A stretch of DNA of 64,000 nucleotides from an archaeon (GTDB lineage Archaea > Nanobdellota > Nanobdellia > Woesearchaeales > SM23-78). This document shows positions 8,074 to 16,695 of this stretch, piece by piece (position 1 is the first letter of the stretch; each line of letters starts with the position of its first letter). The notes under the pieces were generated by a model. The model ran no database searches and was not told the DNA's origin. It saw only the letters and a list, made by a program, of their open reading frames with translations. The stretch lies in NCBI GenBank assembly GCA_043801165.1, contig JAZDMG010000007.1, positions 6,155 through 70,154 of the forward strand, in the 5' to 3' direction. A program made the position numbers and the translations under genes.

Positions 8074-11000
8074 TATGGAAAGATTATTGATTGGGATGAG
8101 AAAAGCGGCCTTGGTCCTAGCGATGCTGCTCTTCACCATGATGATCATGAATATCGCGTCAGCAAGCATAGACCTGGTGAGCCCGGCGAACAGCAGCCAG
8201 CTCAATCAGCGGCCGGTTGTCTTCGACTATTATGCCGGCATGGAGAATGCCAGCAGTTGTACGCTAAAGATAGACTCATCAACTGCAGACGAGAGCACCA
8301 ACATAACCAGCCTAGGATTCAATCAGATGAGCGCTAATCTGAGCCAAGGAGAGCACGAGTGGATGATAAGCTGCACAGACGGCTTGAACGTGGATGACAG
8401 CGAGACAAGAAGGCTCCTATTCGACGGCAGCGCACCGACAGTGGTGCTCTTCTCTCCGCAGGACAACGCCGCAATCAATCTTTCGTCGGTAGAATTCAGC
8501 TTCGTGGCAGTCGACAACATCGCAGAGAACATAGCCTGTGAGCTTATCATCGATGGCAGCATCAACGCCAGCATGAACGTGACCAACAGCGTCCCAACCT
8601 CCAAGATCGTCGGCTCACTGAGCGACGGGCTGCACCAATGGCAGGTCAGATGCAATGATTCTGCATCCAACTCAATGACTAGCGAAAGCATATCATTCAC
8701 GATCAACACCACCCGGCCAGAACCTGTGTTCGGGCTGGTGCTTCCAAGGACAGAATTTTACGCCGGAGAGCAGGGCACAATGATGCTCGTATTCCCAACC
8801 GGAAGCAATGCAAGGGTAGAGACCTGCCCTGACAAGCCCGGATTCGTCGAGTGCAACATAACACTCAACAGCCAGAACCTTTCAGGCTCACCGATGGAGA
8901 AGGCGCTTCCCTACTATCTCACCGAGGGCAGATATATCGTTGAGGCATACTTCAATTATTCTGGCTACAGCGCCACTAAGGTCGAGAGATACAATGTGAC
9001 CAGCAGCATAAGCATAGGAATAAAGGATGTTGACAGGCCCAGGAAGAACGAGGTCATAATCCTTGATGCGGACGCATCAGGCGGAATAGCGCCTCTCATA
9101 TATAGCTGGCGCCTAAGCAACGGATCAGTGATTGAGGATGACAAGGTCAACATAACCTATGCCCTGCCAGGAAATTACACCAACACTGTAACTGTGAAAG
9201 ACGCTTTCAACAACTCAAGGAACAAGAGCATAACATTATTGGTGAGCAACTCATTCAGCGCAAAGGTCTATATAAGAGATGCTGAGACCAACGCAGCCAT
9301 CAGCAAGGCCACCGTTGAGCTCGATGATCTTGTGAAGACAACAGACACCACCGGTCTCGCAGAGTTCGCAGTCAGGGAGGGAAAACGGGATGTGCTGGTG
9401 CTGAGAGAGAACTATTCAGGCTACAATGGCGAGCTGAACATAACCAAGGACGAGAGTTTCACCATAGCTCTGCAGCCGACAAATTTCACAGCGACCAATC
9501 CAAGGGTCTCGCTTATCAGCCCGACCAATAATTCAGGCATTCCAATGACTGAGATAGAAGTGGCGTTCAGTGTCGAGCACAGGGATCGCGTGAACTGCAC
9601 GGTCTACATCAACGAGCAGAATGATGGGTTCTACATAAACCTGGGAAGCATGGATGTGAATGCCAATGATTATTCTGAGCAGAGGTTCATGATATTCGAG
9701 CTGGAGAACAAGAGCTACTGGTGGAAGGTGGAATGCATAGACTCAAAAGGCAGGAGTGGCAAGAGCGAAACAAGGAGGATTCTGGTCGGCTCTGAAGCTA
9801 TAAAGGCTTTCCAGACAGCCGATCAAGGACAGGGCGATGATATCACCCAGCGGTTCACAAAGCGCGTGAAGGAATATGAGCAGATTATCAATGATTTTAA
9901 TTCATTGCCTAACAATGTCAGGGAAGCTGCTATGATGTTCGGCATCAGGACAGGATTGGAGAGCGCCATTAGCAAGATGAAGAACGCCATCAGAGACATA
10001 GATGGCCTGCAGTTCAATTCAGCCTTGACACCAGAACAGCTGGCTGCTGAAAAAAAGAGCCTTTCAGATGATGCAGAGATAGCTTACCAGAAAGCGCCGA
10101 TCTCCATCGAGCTCACCGGCGAAGAGACATTTGTTGATTACATACAAAGTGAAGAGCTCGAAACGCTGATCAATGAATACTTCGCAGCCAAAGGCAACAA
10201 CAATAGCGGTTTCAGCATGAACAAGGTCCTGGAGTTCACGAACGATCTGCAGCAGGAAGTGGTCATATCGAGCAAAGTGAAAGGGTTCAGTGTGACTTTA
10301 AAGGATGGGACTTCACAGGAATTCACAGGAATCATAAGAGAGGTAAAGACCTACAACATAACAAAAGGGGCATTCCTCCTTGAGATAATCCCTAAATCAG
10401 TAGCGACAGATGCCTCGGAGATCATGAGCGAGCAGAGGTTCGAAGTAATCAAGAATGACCCTATAATCAAGGTTCCTCTGAGCGGAGACCTTACATGGGC
10501 GTACTACTTTGCCAAGAAAATCCCTCTTGAGAACCTGAGAGATGCCAAGACCGCTGTGTTCATGGATCCTGATGCCATGCCCGCAGATAGGATAACTGGA
10601 TTTTCCATAACAAAGATCAAGCTTCCGAACCTCAAGTTCGCATTCATTTCAGTGATAATAATACTGCTAGGGGGCTTGATATTTGTAGGAATCAAATATG
10701 ACGGCCTCAACGCAGCCAAGTACGCGCTCTACAGGATGCAGAAGAAGCAGAGCCTCCATTACATAAATGTCATCCTCAGCGACATAGAGGATAATCTGCA
10801 GATGGGATACTTGGAGAAGGCATTCGAGCTCTACGAAGAGGCCAAGAACACATACTCATTCCTGCCGACCATGGCAAAGAACGACATATACCCTCGGGTG
10901 GTTGATATCAGCGGCAAAATGGAACTGTATTACAACAAGACAAATTCAGACATGAAAGATGATGATAGAAGAAAATCCCTGAACGATATCAAGTCAAGGA

Positions 11001-11176
11001 TACTCACAATACAGGGCCTGCTGAACAGCGGGCGCATCATGCCTGCATTAGAGGAGTACAAGATAATCGAGCATGATTATAATTCATTGGATGATCAGAC
11101 AAAGGCATTATTCCATCCAGCCCTAGTTGATCTGGGCAACAAGATCCAGATCGTGATTGACAGCAACAAAGGCTGA
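8066..11176 (+). CDS. Large bitopic surface protein (Ig-like repeats, PKD domain, CarboxypepD_reg-like domain, C-terminal TM plus helical cytoplasmic tail)
   Basis: 1036 aa with a signal peptide ending NIASAS. ~95-aa repeats of the same W-x-V-x-C-x-D type as in the giant gene. PKD-like segment IAPLIYSWRLSNG...YTNTVTVKDAFNN. TM segment FAFISVIIILLGGLIFVGI near nt 10630-10690. Many N-x-S/T sequons. Confidence 0.8.
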   Translation: MTNMERLLIGMRKAALVLAMLLFTMMIMNIASASIDLVSPANSSQLNQRPVVFDYYAGMENASSCTLKIDSSTADESTNITSLGFNQMSANLSQGEHEWMISCTDGLNVDDSETRRLLFDGSAPTVVLFSPQDNAAINLSSVEFSFVAVDNIAENIACELIIDGSINASMNVTNSVPTSKIVGSLSDGLHQWQVRCNDSASNSMTSESISFTINTTRPEPVFGLVLPRTEFYAGEQGTMMLVFPTGSNARVETCPDKPGFVECNITLNSQNLSGSPMEKALPYYLTEGRYIVEAYFNYSGYSATKVERYNVTSSISIGIKDVDRPRKNEVIILDADASGGIAPLIYSWRLSNGSVIEDDKVNITYALPGNYTNTVTVKDAFNNSRNKSITLLVSNSFSAKVYIRDAETNAAISKATVELDDLVKTTDTTGLAEFAVREGKRDVLVLRENYSGYNGELNITKDESFTIALQPTNFTATNPRVSLISPTNNSGIPMTEIEVAFSVEHRDRVNCTVYINEQNDGFYINLGSMDVNANDYSEQRFMIFELENKSYWWKVECIDSKGRSGKSETRRILVGSEAIKAFQTADQGQGDDITQRFTKRVKEYEQIINDFNSLPNNVREAAMMFGIRTGLESAISKMKNAIRDIDGLQFNSALTPEQLAAEKKSLSDDAEIAYQKAPISIELTGEETFVDYIQSEELETLINEYFAAKGNNNSGFSMNKVLEFTNDLQQEVVISSKVKGFSVTLKDGTSQEFTGIIREVKTYNITKGAFLLEIIPKSVATDASEIMSEQRFEVIKNDPIIKVPLSGDLTWAYYFAKKIPLENLRDAKTAVFMDPDAMPADRITGFSITKIKLPNLKFAFISVIIILLGGLIFVGIKYDGLNAAKYALYRMQKKQSLHYINVILSDIEDNLQMGYLEKAFELYEEAKNTYSFLPTMAKNDIYPRVVDISGKMELYYNKTNSDMKDDDRRKSLNDIKSRILTIQGLLNSGRIMPALEEYKIIEHDYNSLDDQTKALFHPALVDLGNKIQIVIDSNKG

Positions 11177-11189
11177 CAAAGGCAAAAGA

Positions 11190-11915
11190 ATGACTGCTGA
11201 AAGCAAAATATCGAATCTTGAAAAGATGGCATGGCTTATCTTAGCAGCCAGCCTGCTCTGCTTGAATGCTGCGATGGTCATGGGAGTGCAGGGAGCAGCC
11301 ATCACACCGGGAGCCAGCAGCAGGGCCAATTTCAACCAGAGCTCGAGCGCCAGCCTTCCTGTGCAGGCAGGTAATGTCACACGCCTGGATATCTCAGGCA
11401 AGGCAATCAGCACCCATTGGGCTGGATTTTTTGGAAACGTATCAGGCAATCTGACATTGGAAGACGCGAGCGGCAACACATTCTACAATTGGGTAGGACT
11501 AGGCATACCTACCGGCGAAGTGTTCGCCTCAAACACAAGCACTGTCAATTGGAGCGGCATCAGCTGCGCAAACAGCACAAGGATAGCCATCATAGAGACC
11601 TCGCTGGGGATAGCATCCACCGATGCTGACAAGATCTCAGCGACATACACCAACAACAATCATCCTCCATTCAATGTCAGCAGTACCTTGCTCACTGGCT
11701 GCAACAGCACCAACGCCTACACCAACACAGGCCAGAGCGCTTCACTGTATTACCAGATACTCCTCATTGACAACCAGAACAGGCCGGTTTACACTACCCT
11801 GATAAATGATACGGCGACGAGTTTCACAGGAACAACCTATGACTTCGAGCTGCTCGTAGGAGAGGCTGACTCCGCAGGGACCACATCAATGTACTTTTAC
11901 ATAGAGATAGATTAG
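11190..11915 (+). CDS. Secreted/anchored protein paralogous to the ectodomain of the downstream HerA-like ATPase
   Basis: Hydrophobic N-terminus MAWLILAASLLCLNAAMVMG. Motif ladder HWAGFFGNVSG, GEVFAS, LGIASTDADKISATYT and FTGTTYDFELLVG is matched in 11921-15877. The ORF is open from TTG 11157. Confidence 0.7.
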   Translation: MTAESKISNLEKMAWLILAASLLCLNAAMVMGVQGAAITPGASSRANFNQSSSASLPVQAGNVTRLDISGKAISTHWAGFFGNVSGNLTLEDASGNTFYNWVGLGIPTGEVFASNTSTVNWSGISCANSTRIAIIETSLGIASTDADKISATYTNNNHPPFNVSSTLLTGCNSTNAYTNTGQSASLYYQILLIDNQNRPVYTTLINDTATSFTGTTYDFELLVGEADSAGTTSMYFYIEID

Positions 11916-11920
11916 TATAG

Positions 11921-14900
11921 ATGATATTTCATATAACGACTGAAGGAAAAAACAAGATGGCAGATGCAAAAAACAGGAGAGAGATGATGTTCAGGGTATT
12001 GATACTGCTGATGATCATCCTCTCATTCAAGGGACTCATCACCGTTGTTGAGTTCCTCGGCTACGCATCACTTGATTCAGAAGGAGGCACAATCTCAGAG
12101 ATAGACCTGACTATAAAATATGATGTGGCGAGCTGGAGCGCGCTCTATGGCACTGCCTGGGGAGTTGGCTGGAGCCAGGACTGGGAATTCAACATGACAG
12201 GCAACACCTCGCTCTCCCAGGCGATGAATGAGAAGCATCTGCTGTTCAACTGCTTTGAAGCAGGAATCGAACATGAGATATACGCCAGCATGGTGCCGTC
12301 GATCGACATTGATTTCGCCAGCCTAACAGCCGCTACCACTGCAGAATATGACGCGTATATGGGTATTGGCTCAAGCTCATTTTATTCTGCCACCAACACT
12401 TTCACATCGATAGATACATACCAGATGGGAGAACAAACAATCAATGCGCCGACCACCTACACGTTTGTGACAGGCAACACGACCCCGACAAGTTTCGCAA
12501 CAGGAATCCTGAGGGATTCATCAGGCAATCTTGTGCTGGTGACCAAGATACTGCAATATCCAGTCACTGGTTTCCAGGGTTCAAGATTCAACTATCAGAT
12601 AATGCTGCCCATACCTCCAGAAACATTCCAGGATTATTTTGTCTGGAGCGACCCGACAGATGTCTGCCCAGAAGGCCAGGGCACTGCGCCATGGGAAGGG
12701 TGGGTCTATGGAAATGTCACCGATACCAACGGCAATCCAGTAAGCGATGCTATCGTAGAGGTGGCAGGAGAGACTGACCTAAGCGACAATATCACAGGAG
12801 CTTATAACATAACTTCAGAAGAAGGTAACAAAACCATCTATGCCATGAAGACAGGGTACCGAGTATACAGAGGGAACGTCACCATATTGAGAGGCAACGG
12901 GACTGTGCACAATATCGTGATGGTGATGGAGCAGCCGCCTAACCCTCCGTTGACAGGAATAGGCCCAGGAATCGACGCACCAGGCACCCAGACCCAGACA
13001 GGAGTTGACTCAGAGGGGATAAAGACAAAGGATGCATCCTATGACTTGCCTCCGGTGATGCAGCGCCCAAAAAAGATAGAAGGGACTGATTATATAGTAT
13101 CCATCTCTGAGATAAATAGGAAGATCAGGCTAGGAAATTTCCTCCAGGAGAAAGTGACCCTTTACAGCTTCAAGGAGAAGCAGGCCAACATAAACTTCGC
13201 ACTTGAAGGGAATGTATCACATCTCATAAAATTGGACAAGGAGAGCATGATGCTCTCGCCTCGCTCATCTGACTTCCTGACAGTGACCATCTTTGGAGTG
13301 GGAGAGCCAGGATTATATAACGGTAGCTTGGTGATGTCTGGTGATTTCAATGCCACAATCTCTATCACAATAGAGGTACTGGACAAGGAGAAGCTGCCTG
13401 TCGAGGCGCTGCTGATAGACCTTGAGATGAACAAGAAGACTGTGTTCCCGGGAGACACCATCCAATTCAAGACAGATCTCAGGAACCTGCTCACAGACCA
13501 ACAATATCCCGTGGCCTTGTTCTATAGCGTCCAGAGCCTTGACGGAAAAGACACCCTATGGACCTATGAGACCAATGCCTTCATCAGGACATCGTTCTCC
13601 ATGCTTAAGAGCGCGATGCTGCCAAAGAATGCGAAGACAGGAGACTATGTGCTGAGAGTGACTGCCAGCTATCTCGGTCTCACATCAGGGACCAGCACCA
13701 TGTTCAGCATCACCACGCCATGGTACCTTGTGATATTGTTCGGATCATTGAGAGTCTGGCACGGATTACTTATCCTATTAGTCATAGTGCTCATGGGATT
13801 GGCCTATTGGCAGATCAAGAAGAAGATAGAATCAAAGAAGAAATTCCACCTGAAGGTCGAGATGGCTGAGCTGCCAAAGCCAGGGGCGAGGAGCATCTGG
13901 GTCGGAAAGATCGCAGAGACAGACCACAAGACCTATTTCAACATGGAGAGCTTCATGACTCACTGCATCGACGCAGGAAGCACAGGCAGCGGCAAGTCAG
14001 TATCAGCCCAGGTCATAGTTGAGGAGATGCTACAGAAAGGAGTGGCTGTGATCGTGTTCGACCCGACAGCACAATGGACAGGAATGCTCAGGAAATGCGA
14101 TGACAAGACAATGCTTGCGCTCTATCCATATTTTGGGATGAAGCCGAAAGATGCCAGGCCATTCAACGGCAACATCAGGCAGGTCACCAACCCGCGAGAG
14201 ATCATCGACATAAAGAAATATGTCAAGCCAGGCGAGATCCAGGTATTCGCCTGCCACAAGCTTGAGCCGAGAGAGATGGACATCTTTGTGACCAATAGCA
14301 TCAGGCAGATCTTCAGGGCTAACTTCGGAGAGAGCAGAACCCTTAAAGTCCTGTTTGTCTATGATGAAGTCCACAGGTTGCTGCCGAAGTTCGGTGGTAG
14401 CGGCGAAGGTTTCCTGCAGATAGAAAGAGGCTGCAGAGAGTTCAGAAAATGGGGTCTGGGCATGCTTCTCATCTCACAGGTCCTGACAGACTTTGTCGGT
14501 ACCATCAAGGCCAACATCAACACAGAGATCCAGATGAGAACAAGGGACGAGGGCGACCTTGAGAGGATCAAAGTGAAGTATGGTGATGATGTCCTCAAAT
14601 CACTGGTCAAGGCAACCATAGGAAGCGGGATGATAGAGAACCCGCAATACAACCGAGGTAAGCCATATTTCACAGCATTCAGGCCGCTCATGCACAGTGT
14701 GCAGAGGCTGACTGACGAAGAGATCGAGAAATATAACGAGTACAATGACAAGATTGACCAGATGCAGTTCGAGCTTGAGCAGCTTGAGAAACTGGGCATC
14801 GATATATTCGACCTGAAACTAGAGCTGAAACTTGCGACTGATAAGGTAAAGACAGGAAGCTTCAACATGGCCCAGATCTACCTGGAAGGCCTCGCGCCAA

Positions 14901-15877
14901 GAGTGAAGAAGCACTGGGAAAAGCTTGGGAAGGTTCCAAAGAAGCTTGAGAAGAAGCTCATCTCAGATGAGGACCTGCAGGCAGATATTGCCAAGGCAAG
15001 GAAAGCAAGAGAGGATTATGAAGCAGAGACTAAGAAGAACAAGCCGGCAGAGGCAGCAAGCACAGAGAAGAAAGATGTGGATTTCTTCAGGAAGGATGTT
15101 GATCCTGACAAGATACTCAAGCTGGTCAATGGCATGCTGGTGATTAACATGGCCAGCCTCTACGATGAGATCGCTGCCATGAGGGATGATGATTATGATA
15201 AGCATGTGACTGCAGAAAAGAATGATTTCGCGAGATGGATTGAATTTGCAGTAGGTGACAAAGAGCTGGCCGACCATGTGCAGCTGGCATCTGGCAAGAA
15301 AGGGATACTCGATCTGCTTGACTTGAGAAAGACAAAGAAGCCATTGCCGAAGCTTGATCCTGAGCAGATCAAAAAGACCAAGGCAGCAGAGGCAGTGGCG
15401 AACCTCTCAAAGCCGCCTGAGGCGATAAAGCCAGCAGAAGCACCTGCTCAGGCAGCACCGACCATGCCTACTCAAACAGATGAAGCATCTACTCCAGCAG
15501 TGGCATCGATCGCTCAGGAGACATCAGCAACACCAATGGAATCCGCAAGTCATGAGTCAGTCCATGAATTCCAGTCAACAATAGAATCCACGACCGATGA
15601 GGAGGATTACTTCGTCAAGATGGTGGAACCAGAGAAGGTGCTCAGCCTGGACAATGGCATGCTTGTCATGAGCATCGAGAACCTTTACGATGATGTGAAT
15701 GCCATGAGCCAGGATGAATTCAATCATTATGTGAATGCGAGCAGCAATACGTTCGCAGATTGGATCAAGGACGCCGTAGGCGACAAGACACTAGCTGAGA
15801 GAGCTACCAAGGCGATGGAGAAAGAGAAGTTCATGAAGCTGCTTGAGATGAGGAAGAACAAGCAGAAAATCGATTGA
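11921..15877 (+). CDS. Membrane-tethered HerA/FtsK-like (COG0433/DUF87-type) P-loop ATPase with a ~600-aa glycosylated ectodomain and two C-terminal NDFxxWI modules
   Basis: 1318 aa. N-terminal anchor, ectodomain including a CarboxypepD_reg-like segment (GWVYGNVTDTNGNPVSDAIVEV), and a TM helix at nt ~13721-13810. Walker A GSTGSGKS at ~13975-13998 and Walker B VLFVYDEVHRLLP at ~14351. REFRKWGLGMLLISQ...NTEIQMR is typical of HerA-like ATPases. Coiled coil, then two ~70-aa repeats at 15095-15330 and 15623-15855. Confidence 0.8.
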   Translation: MIFHITTEGKNKMADAKNRREMMFRVLILLMIILSFKGLITVVEFLGYASLDSEGGTISEIDLTIKYDVASWSALYGTAWGVGWSQDWEFNMTGNTSLSQAMNEKHLLFNCFEAGIEHEIYASMVPSIDIDFASLTAATTAEYDAYMGIGSSSFYSATNTFTSIDTYQMGEQTINAPTTYTFVTGNTTPTSFATGILRDSSGNLVLVTKILQYPVTGFQGSRFNYQIMLPIPPETFQDYFVWSDPTDVCPEGQGTAPWEGWVYGNVTDTNGNPVSDAIVEVAGETDLSDNITGAYNITSEEGNKTIYAMKTGYRVYRGNVTILRGNGTVHNIVMVMEQPPNPPLTGIGPGIDAPGTQTQTGVDSEGIKTKDASYDLPPVMQRPKKIEGTDYIVSISEINRKIRLGNFLQEKVTLYSFKEKQANINFALEGNVSHLIKLDKESMMLSPRSSDFLTVTIFGVGEPGLYNGSLVMSGDFNATISITIEVLDKEKLPVEALLIDLEMNKKTVFPGDTIQFKTDLRNLLTDQQYPVALFYSVQSLDGKDTLWTYETNAFIRTSFSMLKSAMLPKNAKTGDYVLRVTASYLGLTSGTSTMFSITTPWYLVILFGSLRVWHGLLILLVIVLMGLAYWQIKKKIESKKKFHLKVEMAELPKPGARSIWVGKIAETDHKTYFNMESFMTHCIDAGSTGSGKSVSAQVIVEEMLQKGVAVIVFDPTAQWTGMLRKCDDKTMLALYPYFGMKPKDARPFNGNIRQVTNPREIIDIKKYVKPGEIQVFACHKLEPREMDIFVTNSIRQIFRANFGESRTLKVLFVYDEVHRLLPKFGGSGEGFLQIERGCREFRKWGLGMLLISQVLTDFVGTIKANINTEIQMRTRDEGDLERIKVKYGDDVLKSLVKATIGSGMIENPQYNRGKPYFTAFRPLMHSVQRLTDEEIEKYNEYNDKIDQMQFELEQLEKLGIDIFDLKLELKLATDKVKTGSFNMAQIYLEGLAPRVKKHWEKLGKVPKKLEKKLISDEDLQADIAKARKAREDYEAETKKNKPAEAASTEKKDVDFFRKDVDPDKILKLVNGMLVINMASLYDEIAAMRDDDYDKHVTAEKNDFARWIEFAVGDKELADHVQLASGKKGILDLLDLRKTKKPLPKLDPEQIKKTKAAEAVANLSKPPEAIKPAEAPAQAAPTMPTQTDEASTPAVASIAQETSATPMESASHESVHEFQSTIESTTDEEDYFVKMVEPEKVLSLDNGMLVMSIENLYDDVNAMSQDEFNHYVNASSNTFADWIKDAVGDKTLAERATKAMEKEKFMKLLEMRKNKQKID

Positions 15878-15900
15878 ATAATTGAAAAACTGATGCGATC

Positions 15901-16386
15901 ATGGAAGAACAGCAAAGTGACGAAAAGGAGCAGGCAGAAGATGCTGAGCTGAGGAAGATAGTCAACACGATCGCAGAGACCAATCGCAAGATCGACGATG
16001 AATACGATGAGAAGATCAAACGCCTTGACGAGAAGAGAAGGCTCAACGCTGAAGACAAGGAGAAAGAGGAGCGCGATGAAAGGTTGTCTGTGGTCAAGGA
16101 GAAGCTCGCAGACCTCAAAGCGATGGTGGGAGATGCCAGGAGATCAGGCAAGGATCCTTTCATCGCAGACCTGATGCTGAGAAATATCAATGCAAAGATT
16201 AAGATGGCTTCTGTCACCGACAACAAGCATGATTTCGATGTGATAGAATCAATCATGAAGGACGCTGAGAATGAGCTGAAAGAAGCGATGGCTGAAGAGC
16301 CATTGGATGTCAAGAAAGAGATCCAGAAAAGGCTCAGGGAGACTGTGCAGAAGGAGACCGGAAAGGTCAACGAGGAGGAGAACTGA
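15901..16386 (+). CDS. Acidic coiled-coil protein, unknown function
   Basis: 161-aa E/K/D-rich helical ORF in the same operon. No domain recognised. Confidence 0.55.
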   Translation: MEEQQSDEKEQAEDAELRKIVNTIAETNRKIDDEYDEKIKRLDEKRRLNAEDKEKEERDERLSVVKEKLADLKAMVGDARRSGKDPFIADLMLRNINAKIKMASVTDNKHDFDVIESIMKDAENELKEAMAEEPLDVKKEIQKRLRETVQKETGKVNEEEN

Positions 16387-16484
16387 GCGACGTCGCCAGG
16401 CAATCATGCAAATCAAAAGATATAAAAGCATATGAAGGAGCAGGAGAAGAATATCATTGATAATACCATAATAACAGCAAATCG

Positions 16485-16650
16485 CCACTCGAGCCTATCC
16501 TCGGACTAAAGTCCGAGGTTTTACGGCTCTCGCATGTATTGGCGGTTTGCTGGAACAAGCAAGCTTTAGCTTGCTGGTCAAGCAACAACAGTTGCTTGAA
16601 TGAGTGGACTCGCACTAAAGTGCGGGGTTTTAAACCCTACGAGTCCACCC
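16485..16650 (+). ncRNA. Candidate structured RNA or multi-hairpin element in an intergenic gap
   Basis: Four perfect GC-rich stems in ~160 nt of non-coding DNA. (1) 16499-16518: 8 bp, loop TAAA, nested in 16491-16495/16525-16529. (2) 16558-16575: 7 bp, loop TTTA. (3) 16579-16598: 8 bp, loop AACA. (4) 16604-16612/16640-16648: 9 bp, enclosing two small hairpins. Strand and function unknown. Confidence 0.25.
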
Positions 16651-16695
16651 ATAACATTATCAATTTCGATTTGATTTCAAAAAAGAGGTGAGCAG

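Noticed and set aside
16499-16530. AAAGUCCGAGG resembles the RNase P RNA CR-I motif (GAGGAAAGUCC)
   Set aside because: The putative partner sequence (CGGCUC) lies only a few nucleotides away. The element is far too short, and no CR-IV/CR-V-like sequences are present. It is kept only as a generic structured-RNA candidate.
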